This document shows positions 36,399 to 45,260 of a stretch of DNA of 50,590 nucleotides, in pieces. Origin of the DNA: Candidatus Yanofskybacteria bacterium RIFCSPLOWO2_01_FULL_42_49 (GTDB lineage: Bacteria > Patescibacteriota > Minisyncoccia > 2-02-FULL-40-12 > GWA2-44-9); assembly GCA_001795615.1 (NCBI GenBank), contig MGKI01000012.1, positions 1 to 50,590 on the forward strand, in the 5' to 3' direction. Made by a program: the position numbers and the translations under genes. Numbering within the stretch: the stretch's first letter is position 1; the number at the start of each line of letters is the position of its first letter. The notes beneath the pieces are model-generated. The model saw only the letters and a list, made by a program, of their open reading frames with translations, was not told where the DNA came from and made no database searches.

Positions 36399-37652
36399 AT
36401 GAAAAGTCAAGAAAGAAAAATGGTCTATGTGGCGATGTCAGGAGGTGTGGACTCGTCGGTTGCCGCCGCTTTGTTAAAGAAACAAGGTTATGATGTAACT
36501 GGTGTTTTTATGAAACCGTGGCAACCCGAAATATCGAAATATCGAAATATCGAAATATCGAGCGGTTGCCTCTGGCAAAAAGATAGGGAGGATGCGATGA
36601 GGGTAGCAACAAAACTCGGTATTCCTTTACTTACTTGGGATTTTTCTAAGGAGTATAAGAGGGAAGTGGCTGATTATATGATTCGAGAATATCGAGCGGG
36701 AAGAACGCCTAATCCAGATGTAATGTGCAATAAACACATTAAGTTTGGGCTATTTTTGGAGAAGGCGTTAAAAGAAGGGGCAGATTATATTGCGACGGGA
36801 CACTATGTCCGCTTGATGCGGAAAACTCTAAATTCTACAGAGATTCCCGGGCTAAAGCGCCGTGAACCTTATCTGAGCAAACTCGAAACTCTAAACAAAC
36901 TCAAAACTAAAAATTCTAAAAAAACTGAAAATTTAAACATTGAAAATTCATTGAAAATTGCCAAGGATAAAAATAAGGATCAATCCTACTTTCTCTGGAC
37001 ATTGACGCAGAAACAGTTAAAATACTGCCTATTTCCCATCGGGGATTATATAAAGCCGGAGGTTAGGAGAATGGCCAAAAAATTTGGTCTGCCGACGGCT
37101 GACAAAAAAGACAGTCAAGGCGTGTGCTTTGTCGGACCTTTGGACATAAAGGTGTTTCTCAAGAGTTACATTAAACCAAAGACGGGGGATATTATTTTAG
37201 GGGATAATACCCGTTCGACTCGCTTTGCTCGCTCAGGACGTGTTATCGGACAACACGACGGCGTGTTCTATTATACCCTTGGCCAAAGACATGGTTTGGA
37301 TATAAAAAATGGCAGAGGTCCTCATTTTATAATAAAAAAAGATATTAAAAAAAACATTCTCTTCGTCGGTTCAAAAGAAGACCTCTTTTCTCAAAAAATG
37401 AAATTAACAAGCATAAACTGGATAAATCGGCCAAGCCAACCTGTGGATAATCGACTTCGCAAGTCGATTATCCACAGGGGTGGGGGATTGGAAGTGGATG
37501 TGAGGGTGCGTTACAGGGCGCCGTTGGTCAAAGCAATTATACATAATAATGGGGAAGTCGTGTTTAAGAAACCTGAAATTGCCATAACTCCGGGACAATC
37601 GGCTGTGTTTTATAAACACGATGAACTTATTGGCGGCGGGATTATTAAATGA
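36399..37652 (+). CDS. mnmA: tRNA-specific 2-thiouridylase, with several in-frame insertions
   Basis: AMSGGVDSSV, GRTPNPDVMCNKHIKFG, IATGHY, KDQSYFL, DSQGVCF, YTLGQRHGL, AITPGQSAVFY. Confidence 0.96.
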   Translation: MKSQERKMVYVAMSGGVDSSVAAALLKKQGYDVTGVFMKPWQPEISKYRNIEISSGCLWQKDREDAMRVATKLGIPLLTWDFSKEYKREVADYMIREYRAGRTPNPDVMCNKHIKFGLFLEKALKEGADYIATGHYVRLMRKTLNSTEIPGLKRREPYLSKLETLNKLKTKNSKKTENLNIENSLKIAKDKNKDQSYFLWTLTQKQLKYCLFPIGDYIKPEVRRMAKKFGLPTADKKDSQGVCFVGPLDIKVFLKSYIKPKTGDIILGDNTRSTRFARSGRVIGQHDGVFYYTLGQRHGLDIKNGRGPHFIIKKDIKKNILFVGSKEDLFSQKMKLTSINWINRPSQPVDNRLRKSIIHRGGGLEVDVRVRYRAPLVKAIIHNNGEVVFKKPEIAITPGQSAVFYKHDELIGGGIIK

Positions 37653-37697
37653 TATCATTCCCTTCAAAGGCGGACGTACAAAATTTGTAATTTATAA

Positions 37698-38219
37698 ATG
37701 AAACAGAAACAAGAAAAAATTCCTAATGCACTTACTTCAAAAGAAAATCTTGGCTCCCCTCATTTGGTAAAAAATTTTAAAGAAAGAACGGGTGGGCGGG
37801 ATGTCTTAGACATGGAGGGCAAAGAGTTTTTTGACGAGCTGGTGGGAGATATCGAGGATCTTAAAATGACGGATGATTTTTTACAGGTCCTACTTCTTAA
37901 AAGATTCGTAACTCTTCATGAGCCAGTATCTTCAGCACGAGAAAAAATAAACGAAAGAATAAAAGATCTTGAAGACACTCTTGAAGCATTGCGGGGCAGA
38001 TTTGCAAGGAATCCCAAAATAAAACACGATGAGATTGACGATGAGTTTGAACGACTTTCGATTGAAGAAAAAGATAATATTGAAGAAGAATTAGAACGCT
38101 TAGGGGTAACCTACAAAGTTTTGGGTCATTTTTTAAGAGCTGGCATTTTTACTGAGTCTGATACGCTAATGAGGGCCAAAGAAGCTGTTTATAATCAGAT
38201 AAAAAAGTTCACCCCGTGA
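37698..38219 (+). CDS. Hypothetical acidic helical protein, 173 aa
   Basis: ATG ORF, overlaps the gpmI 3' end by 11 bp. Confidence 0.65.
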   Translation: MKQKQEKIPNALTSKENLGSPHLVKNFKERTGGRDVLDMEGKEFFDELVGDIEDLKMTDDFLQVLLLKRFVTLHEPVSSAREKINERIKDLEDTLEALRGRFARNPKIKHDEIDDEFERLSIEEKDNIEEELERLGVTYKVLGHFLRAGIFTESDTLMRAKEAVYNQIKKFTP

Positions 38220-39759
38220 GAATCTTGAGCAAACTGTTTCCTGTCATCTCTTCTGGTTTTGGTATGTCCATCAATTCCAGTACGGTCGGCGCCACATCGC
38301 TCAATATGCCGTTTACCTGAGACCAGATTTTTTCCACTTCTTCTATTTTGCGTTCCTTTTGAAACCGCTTTCCGACCAGATAAAAAGGTACGGGACTTTC
38401 TTCGTGCTTTGTTTTTTGTTCCCCAGAAGATTCATATACCATGGATTCTGCATTTCCGTGGTCAGCGGTAACTATCATAATTCCGTCTTTGGCAAGAACT
38501 GCATCGGTAACTCTTTTTAGCGCCACATCCACCGTTTCTATGCCTCTTATGGTCGCTTCCAGGTTTCCGGTGTGAGGAATAACATCTGAATTAGCAAAGT
38601 TTATTATGTAAAAATCATATTGATCTTGTTTTACATATTCTTCCACTTTCTCGGCAATATCGTTGGCTCTCATCTCCGGATTTGTAATATGATCCTTCAA
38701 CGACTCTATGAAAATATCCGTTTCTCCGGAATAAGGCGCATTGTTCAAACAATTAAAAAAGTATGTAGTATGGGCGTATTTTTCCGATTCGGCGATATGC
38801 AGTTGCGTTTTTCCGTTTTGGCTCAAAACTTCCGCCAGGCCGTTTTTTATCTCAGGCAAAGAGAAAGAAACATTAAGCCTAGGATCTTCCAGATATTGAG
38901 TCATGGCGACGACAAAAAGATTCTTATGCTTTTCTGTCGGAAAAATTTGGAAGTCTTGCTCTATAAAACTTTTGGTAATTTGGCGCATCGAATCCTCTCT
39001 AAAGTTAAAAAACACCAAAGCGTCATCGTCTTTTATAAAGCCCCGATCATCAACTATTAGCGGAGGCAACTTGGGATCGGTATATCCCATGGTGTAAAGC
39101 ATCTCTATTTTTTGTAAGATATCATCGGTTATTTCTCCAGCTCCACGAGCTAAAAGTCCGTAAGCTGTTTTTGTGTTATCCCAATTTTTACCTCTATCCA
39201 TCGCGTAATCCCGGCCGATAACAGTTGCGATAACGCCGGTTCCAGTTTTGGCGATATGTTCCTGTAGTTTTTTAATTAAGAGCGGCGCTTCTTTAAGCCC
39301 CGAGTCTTTGCCATCGGTAAAAAGATGAATCTTTAAGTTGCCGATGTTGTTTTTTGCCGCGAGATCTATTAACGCAAAGAGGTGGCTCATGTGAGCATGC
39401 ACCGAACCTGAAGTAAGAAGTCCGGCGAGGTGAAGCGTAGAGTTGTTAGTTCTAACATGATTAACGGCCTTGAGCAGAACTTCATTGTCAAAAAAACTAC
39501 TGTCGCCTATGGCTTTATTTATACGGCTTAAATATTGGGAAATAGTTCTGCCGGCGCCCATAGTCAAATGGCCAACTTCGCTATTGCCGGCTTCGCCCCA
39601 AGTCATTCCCACTGCTTTTCCAGAGGCCTGTAAAAGCAGTGATGGGTAATTACGCTGAACAAAATTAACGAACGGGGTGTGCGCGTATAAAATAGCGTTG
39701 CCGAATGTTTGCGATGAATATCCCCAGCCGTCTAAAATTGCAAGAATAATGGGTTGCAT
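38209..39759 (-). CDS. gpmI: 2,3-bisphosphoglycerate-independent phosphoglycerate mutase
   Basis: ILDGWG, GNSEVGH, GSVHAH, FTDGKD, GRDYAMDR, FNFRED, AESEKYAH, TADHGNAE; ATG at 39759. Confidence 0.95.
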   Translation of the reverse strand: MQPIILAILDGWGYSSQTFGNAILYAHTPFVNFVQRNYPSLLLQASGKAVGMTWGEAGNSEVGHLTMGAGRTISQYLSRINKAIGDSSFFDNEVLLKAVNHVRTNNSTLHLAGLLTSGSVHAHMSHLFALIDLAAKNNIGNLKIHLFTDGKDSGLKEAPLLIKKLQEHIAKTGTGVIATVIGRDYAMDRGKNWDNTKTAYGLLARGAGEITDDILQKIEMLYTMGYTDPKLPPLIVDDRGFIKDDDALVFFNFREDSMRQITKSFIEQDFQIFPTEKHKNLFVVAMTQYLEDPRLNVSFSLPEIKNGLAEVLSQNGKTQLHIAESEKYAHTTYFFNCLNNAPYSGETDIFIESLKDHITNPEMRANDIAEKVEEYVKQDQYDFYIINFANSDVIPHTGNLEATIRGIETVDVALKRVTDAVLAKDGIMIVTADHGNAESMVYESSGEQKTKHEESPVPFYLVGKRFQKERKIEEVEKIWSQVNGILSDVAPTVLELMDIPKPEEMTGNSLLKILTG

Positions 39760-39886
39760 AAAAGTGTTGCACAAAACTCGCAGATTTGATACAATTATCC
39801 CATAGTTAATACAAATAACGCAAATTATTAATAGTTAGTTCGAAAAACTAAGTTTTACGAACAAATGTTAGTAAATTATAAACAAC

Positions 39887-41419
39887 ATGTTTTCACAACT
39901 AAGTCCGCTTGTAGCGGCGGTTTCGGCTTTACTCCCGGGGATAATCATCGGTTATCTAGTTCGGCAGCTACTCTCAAGTAAACGGATAAGCTCGGCGGAA
40001 TCAAAAGCCGAAGCGATACTAAGCGACTCTAAATCAAAATCTCAAGACATACTTCTTGAAGCAAAGAATAAGGCTTTGGCTATTCTTGAGGATGCCAAGA
40101 AAGAAGAAAAAGAAAGAAATTCGCAGCTTTCAAGAATAGAGAATATCTTAACTAAAAAAGAGAACGAACTTGAACTAAAGGCCAAGGAGCTTGGCGCAGA
40201 AAAAGAAACGCTTAAATCCAAAATAGCTGAATTCGGCACGCTTAAAATAGAATTAGAGCAGACCAGAGTCAAACAACTTGCCGAGTTAGAAAGAATCTCC
40301 GGGTTAGACAGGAACCAGGCAAAAGACGAAATGTTGGCCAAGGTAGAAGAAGAATATAAAGACGATTTATACAAGCAGCTGAAACGGTTGGAGCAAGATA
40401 ACAGAGAAGAGTTGGATAAAAAGGCACGGGAGATATTAACAACTTCAATACAAAGATATGCCGCCTCTCATATAGCGGATGTTACGACAACAGTCGTCAG
40501 TTTGCCGTCAGATGAGGTTAAAGGAAAAATCATCGGAAAAGAGGGAAGAAACATCAAAACAATAGAACGACTGACAGGCGTGGACATTATCATCGACGAT
40601 ACTCCGGAAGCGCTTGTTGTGTCAGGATACGATCCCGTTCGCAGGCAAGTCGCAAAACTAGCTATTGATAAGCTTATAGCTGACGGAAGAATTCATCCTG
40701 CCAAGATAGAAGAAATGGTAGAAAAAGCCAAAGGCGAAATAAACGAGAAAATAAAAGAGGCCGGAGAGGCGGCGTTATTTGAAACCGGAGTCGGACCGAT
40801 GGACCCTAAACTTACTTACCTTCTGGGCCGTCTGGCTTTCAGGACAAGCTTCGGCCAGAATGTTTTGCTTCACTCCATAGAAATGACCCATATTGCGGGC
40901 ATGCTTGCCGCTGAGCTTGGATTGGATGTTCCTGTCGCGAAAAAAGCCGCATTGTTCCACGATATAGGAAAAGCGGTTGACCACGAGGTCCAGGGTACTC
41001 ATGTAGAAATAGGCAGGAAAATTCTCCAAAAATTCGGAATGGATACGAGGGTCATACAAGGGATGGAAGCTCACCACGAGGAATATCCATATGTAACTCT
41101 TGAATCAAGGATAGTTCAATCGGCGGATGCCATTTCCGGCGCAAGGCCGGGGGCAAGACGGGATACGGTTGAAATATACTTAAAACGGTTGGAAGACCTT
41201 GAAAGAATCTCCAATTCATTTGACGGAGTGGAAAAATCCTATGCTATCCAAGCGGGCCGTGAATTGAGGATATTCGTTACACCGACTAAAATTGACGACC
41301 TAAGCGCTCTCAAAATGGCAAAAGATATTGCCAAAAAAATAGAGGAGGAAATGAAGTATCCGGGAGAAATCAAAGTCAATGTCATCCGCGAGACGAGGGC
41401 GATAGAATACGCCAGGTAG
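39887..41419 (+). CDS. rny: Ribonuclease Y
   Basis: N-terminal TM, coiled coil, KH domain KGKIIGKEGRNI, HD domain FHDIGKA, ADAISGARPGAR. Confidence 0.97.
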   Translation: MFSQLSPLVAAVSALLPGIIIGYLVRQLLSSKRISSAESKAEAILSDSKSKSQDILLEAKNKALAILEDAKKEEKERNSQLSRIENILTKKENELELKAKELGAEKETLKSKIAEFGTLKIELEQTRVKQLAELERISGLDRNQAKDEMLAKVEEEYKDDLYKQLKRLEQDNREELDKKAREILTTSIQRYAASHIADVTTTVVSLPSDEVKGKIIGKEGRNIKTIERLTGVDIIIDDTPEALVVSGYDPVRRQVAKLAIDKLIADGRIHPAKIEEMVEKAKGEINEKIKEAGEAALFETGVGPMDPKLTYLLGRLAFRTSFGQNVLLHSIEMTHIAGMLAAELGLDVPVAKKAALFHDIGKAVDHEVQGTHVEIGRKILQKFGMDTRVIQGMEAHHEEYPYVTLESRIVQSADAISGARPGARRDTVEIYLKRLEDLERISNSFDGVEKSYAIQAGRELRIFVTPTKIDDLSALKMAKDIAKKIEEEMKYPGEIKVNVIRETRAIEYAR

Positions 41420-41520
41420 TAGATTTTCCAGCTGCGACTTAGTCGCGTATTAAAAAACTGGAAAATTCACTACCTGGTATGCTCGATAGCTTGCCATTAT
41501 CTTTCTAACTCAAAAGATAA

Positions 41521-41550
41521 AAAGCCCCGCGTGGTTGCGGGGCTGTTTTT
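41521..41550. terminator. Bidirectional terminator
   Basis: agccccgc-gtggtt-gcggggct with A and T flanks. Confidence 0.7.
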
Positions 41551-41559
41551 CAGCGGACA

Positions 41560-42153
41560 TTAGGATAGGCCACCTTTTTCTCCTACTTTATTATTCCTAA
41601 GCTCATAATCAGTTACAATCCTAATATAATCACGATAGACCAGAGGAAGCGTGAATTTCAGCATTTTGTGTTCTTTAAAAAATTGGTTATAGGAATAAAT
41701 CTGTCTTTCATTTGCACCAATCATGGTTTGTTTGCTTGTTAACTCTGCACCAATAATATCTACTTCCCAATGTTTTTGCATCTGTTTTCTTACCGGTACT
41801 TGCTTGGAGGATAAGATTAGGTGTCCAAATTCGTGTCCAAGTATGCCCGCCAAATCTTTAGTTGAGAATTCATCAATTATTCTTTGGCTTATGATTATCA
41901 AAGAGGCGTTAGAATCTGCCCAAGCGTTATAACATTGCCCTCCCTTGATTAAAAAAACCGGCTCTGCAATATTTTTCGGCTTGGTGGTAAAAAGAAGGAT
42001 CGCCTGTTTTATTTTCTGGACTTGTGGTCCTGTCGGTTTTCGCTCTCTGCTGTAAGTACAAGAAAATAAAATATTAGAAACTTGAAAAGAAAAAAACAGA
42101 TATGCTAAACCAAGAAGATACAAAAAACGAACCCTATGTTTAAAAAGAGCCAT
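41560..42153 (-). CDS. M48-like zinc metalloprotease, 197 aa
   Basis: YNAWA, LAGILGHEFGH, EVDIIG; N-terminal TM. Confidence 0.75.
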   Translation of the reverse strand: MALFKHRVRFLYLLGLAYLFFSFQVSNILFSCTYSRERKPTGPQVQKIKQAILLFTTKPKNIAEPVFLIKGGQCYNAWADSNASLIIISQRIIDEFSTKDLAGILGHEFGHLILSSKQVPVRKQMQKHWEVDIIGAELTSKQTMIGANERQIYSYNQFFKEHKMLKFTLPLVYRDYIRIVTDYELRNNKVGEKGGLS

Positions 42154-42499
42154 ACCTCACCGCGTGCTGAAGAATTTGCTCATGATACCGCTCTATTATG
42201 AGTAAAAAATCAAGATATCTATGGAGTTCTGCTTCCCTAAACTCCTAACTGACTTCGGTTTCATGTCATTTTGAATTCGCAACATCAGCTATTTCTTAAC
42301 AAAAACGCAGAGGAGGGTTATTAATCAATAAACGCTTGTTAAGTGACAGAACCACATCCCGCCTATCAATGAAAAGACCCTGTTGATAGGCAGGGCTTGC
42401 AATTTCCGCATAAAACCTAGATAATTGAACAAGTGATTAAAAATCCCACTTTGGGTCGATTGGGGTTAAATTAAGAATGTTATAAAAATAACTATAACA

Positions 42500-42690
42500 C
42501 AGCTGGCTTGACCGAATTCCAGGCAAAAGGCGGATCGGAGTTCGTTAGAGGTGCTTTAGCCCGCTAAACTCTGTAGGATGTTGCGAGCCATAGTGAACTA
42601 TGGTGAGCAATAACCAGAGCCTTTTAACAAAGAAGTCGGTCAAGAGCGTACTGCCATAAGTCGCCATAGGCGACGGGCAGAGCGATCAGC
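42500..42690 (+). ncRNA. Structured 5' leader or small RNA upstream of HU
   Basis: Stem 42507-42515/42636-42644 enclosing aaaaggc/gcctttt and ccatagt/actatgg; downstream ctgcc..gtcgcc/ggcgac..ggcag. Confidence 0.45.
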
Positions 42691-42700
42691 AAGTTTATAA

Positions 42701-42982
42701 ATGAACGCAATAAAAAAAGGCCAATTAGGCCAAATGTTAGGTGAAAAAATGGGTGTTACCAAAAAGCAAGGTGTAGAATGGGTAGATGCTTTTGTAGAAA
42801 TAGTAACTAACACCTTAAGAAAAGGAGACAAAGTAAATATCACTGGTTTTGGTATTTTCAAGGTTTCCGACAGGAAAGCCCGAGAAGGAAGAAATCCGAG
42901 AACCGGAGAAACTATCCACATCGCGGCTTCAAAGAAACCGAGATTTACTGCCGGTAAACTACTCAAAGAAGCGATTAAATAA
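42701..42982 (+). CDS. hup: HU family DNA-binding protein
   Basis: VNITGFGIFKV..RKAREGRNPRTGETIHIAASKKPRFTAGK. Confidence 0.95.
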   Translation: MNAIKKGQLGQMLGEKMGVTKKQGVEWVDAFVEIVTNTLRKGDKVNITGFGIFKVSDRKAREGRNPRTGETIHIAASKKPRFTAGKLLKEAIK

Positions 42983-43022
42983 ACTAGCTATTAGTTGCTA
43001 GCGACTAGTCGTTAGTTTATTT

Positions 43023-43056
43023 AAACCCCGCCTGCAAATGGCGGGGTTTGGTTTTT
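43023..43056. terminator. Bidirectional terminator
   Basis: aaaccccgcc-tgcaaat-ggcggggttt. Confidence 0.75.
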
Positions 43057-43058
43057 AA

Positions 43059-44099
43059 CTACACTCCCAGATAATGCCGAAGTTCATCTTTTTGCTCCAT
43101 TATCGTTGCGTATCCGATATTTTGAAGCTCTTTCATCTGGTCCGGGGTAAAGTTGTGGAGTTGAATATGCGGCGTTATCTTCATCAGCTCAGGACTTAAC
43201 CGGACATAGTAAATTTCCGGAAGACGGGGATTGCTTCTTCGCTCCAATTCATAATATTCTATTTTCTTATGCGTACAGCGATCACGCATGATGTCAAAGG
43301 AACGGCTAAGGTCAGATATCCATTCTTTTGGCGCTGTTCCCGACTGCAGCGGCGGCCAATAATCAAAACGAATAAGCTTCTTGTATTGTTTCATCTGGCG
43401 GATAGGGAAATCGGTCCAGACTTCGCCGTCAACGGTATCGATGCCGTCAATTTTAATGAATGGAAATTTTCCGGGAAGACGAGAAGACGCAAGCAGAATG
43501 TTTATCCAGCGTTCCGTGTGCCTTGGATTTTCGGGATCGTTGTTTAAGGGATCATGATTATAAAAGATTACCTCGCCTGGTTTGCTTACATCGGTAACGA
43601 TAACCCCAAGGCGAATTTTAGAATTAAATATAGCCTTAAAATCCAGCCCGTCGTCCTTGTCGTTAAGAAGGTCTCTCAACGGACCAGGAGACAGATGTGA
43701 TTCACTGTGTACCAACTCATTGCCGACGATAGCATCAGCGGCAAAAAGAGTAGCTAATCCACTAAGTCCCAGTAATGTCTTTTTGCCTTTTGATAATTTG
43801 TGGTCAAACAGGATTAAAAGTCCTAAACCAACGGTGGTAACTCCAAGAGCAGCAAGCTTTATCTTTAACCCTCTCTTGTAACTGAAGATCCGATCCGGGG
43901 ATAAATTTCCTATTACTTTTACGGCTTTATCCGGTGAACTGATAACCGCAGAAGCCGCCATGGCGCCAGCGGAACTGGCGATTATTTCATCGGGCTCCGG
44001 CAGGCCAAGGTCATACCACGCTCTCGCTGACCCGCTAAGCAAAGCTAAGCGAACAACTCCTCCCGGCCAATTCATAACCAGGTCGTATTTTTCGCTCAC
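43059..44099 (-). CDS. Patatin-like phospholipase with divergent motifs, 346 aa
   Basis: PGGVVR, ASSAG (GxSxG-like), LASSRLPGKFP, VDGE (DGG-like); two inserted hydrophobic helices. Confidence 0.75.
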   Translation of the reverse strand: MSEKYDLVMNWPGGVVRLALLSGSARAWYDLGLPEPDEIIASSAGAMAASAVISSPDKAVKVIGNLSPDRIFSYKRGLKIKLAALGVTTVGLGLLILFDHKLSKGKKTLLGLSGLATLFAADAIVGNELVHSESHLSPGPLRDLLNDKDDGLDFKAIFNSKIRLGVIVTDVSKPGEVIFYNHDPLNNDPENPRHTERWINILLASSRLPGKFPFIKIDGIDTVDGEVWTDFPIRQMKQYKKLIRFDYWPPLQSGTAPKEWISDLSRSFDIMRDRCTHKKIEYYELERRSNPRLPEIYYVRLSPELMKITPHIQLHNFTPDQMKELQNIGYATIMEQKDELRHYLGV

Positions 44100-44167
44100 A
44101 ACAACCTCTTGTTAATGAACTGATTTTATAAAACAATGATGTTTCTTTATAAAATAAAAGTCAAGAT

Positions 44168-44193
44168 AAAAAGCCGAGGTTAAACCGGCTTTT
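44168..44193 (-). terminator. Terminator after protease gene
   Basis: aaaagccg-aggttaaac-cggctttt. Confidence 0.6.
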
Positions 44194-44209
44194 TGTTTTA
44201 TTTATTTAC

Positions 44210-45112
44210 TCATGGCTGTTTAATGGAATCAATAAATATCTGGATATCTTCAAAAGAAAGAGCGGTGGAAAGAATCGAATCTGATTCAGTCATCATTCCT
44301 GCAACTTCGCCTTTATTATTCAACAAAGGACCGCCGGAAAATCCGTGTCTGGCCGGCTTTAGGAGCCTGAATTTTTTTTGAATTCCAAGCGACTTAAAAG
44401 ATTCGACAAAAGTAATGGCATTTTCAACTACAGATCGTATCGGATCGGACATGACACTTTTCTCATCACCGTCCGGTAAATAATAAGAACCCTGCACGGA
44501 GGAAAAACCGCTTGAGTATGTCACCTCTCCCACCCGAGCTCCGGTTGCGAGACTTAGTCCCAGTACCGGAATTTTTTCGGCGGATCTAAAAGCAATAATA
44601 TCCAGATATTCTCCAAGAGGACTCATGGCAACAGGCTCAATCGGAAACTCTAAACGACCGGTTGAAGTTTCCACTATTACTACAAATTTCTGTTCGTAAT
44701 CCGAGGCATAAATTATTCCGTTTTGGTCAATTTCAATTATTGCTCCGCAATGGCTTCGCAAATTCATTGCCGTATCGACCAAGAGATGCCTCGCGCTTAT
44801 GATATAACCGGATTCTTTTTCAATAAAACCGGAACCCTGTGTCTTTGTTTTTGCACAGGGAGAATTCATAAAAAGAACGGCTTGCGGGTTTTCCAAATTT
44901 GATTCCTCTGTTTTGTTTAAAATATGATTTGAAAATCTGGCCTCAATAATAAATGTGTTTTTCTGGGCCTCAAAAACCTTTTTTGGAAGTTTGTGCTCAG
45001 AGAGCATAATCTCGCCTTGCGGATAAACGGTATCGAACTGCTGTCCGAAAGACTCCTCGACGTTAACAAGACTCATGGCTGCGACCACGAGTAATTGCAG
45101 GACCAGCCTCAC
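44210..45112 (-). CDS. Secreted trypsin-like (S1) serine protease, 300 aa
   Basis: Signal peptide, GSGF, ISARH, LDI, HGFSGGPLLN; AAGGAGGT RBS. Confidence 0.85.
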   Translation of the reverse strand: MRLVLQLLVVAAMSLVNVEESFGQQFDTVYPQGEIMLSEHKLPKKVFEAQKNTFIIEARFSNHILNKTEESNLENPQAVLFMNSPCAKTKTQGSGFIEKESGYIISARHLLVDTAMNLRSHCGAIIEIDQNGIIYASDYEQKFVVIVETSTGRLEFPIEPVAMSPLGEYLDIIAFRSAEKIPVLGLSLATGARVGEVTYSSGFSSVQGSYYLPDGDEKSVMSDPIRSVVENAITFVESFKSLGIQKKFRLLKPARHGFSGGPLLNNKGEVAGMMTESDSILSTALSFEDIQIFIDSIKQP

Positions 45113-45260
45113 ATTACCTCCTTATTGACAAAGGGCTAGGATTTATGTTTTATTATACTCTTCAATTATTCAAATAGCAAGAAAAGGGGAACCGTCGGAC
45201 ATTCGACTTTTTAATTATTTTGTGTTTAAGTCAAAACATATTCTTTGAAAATCAGGCCAA

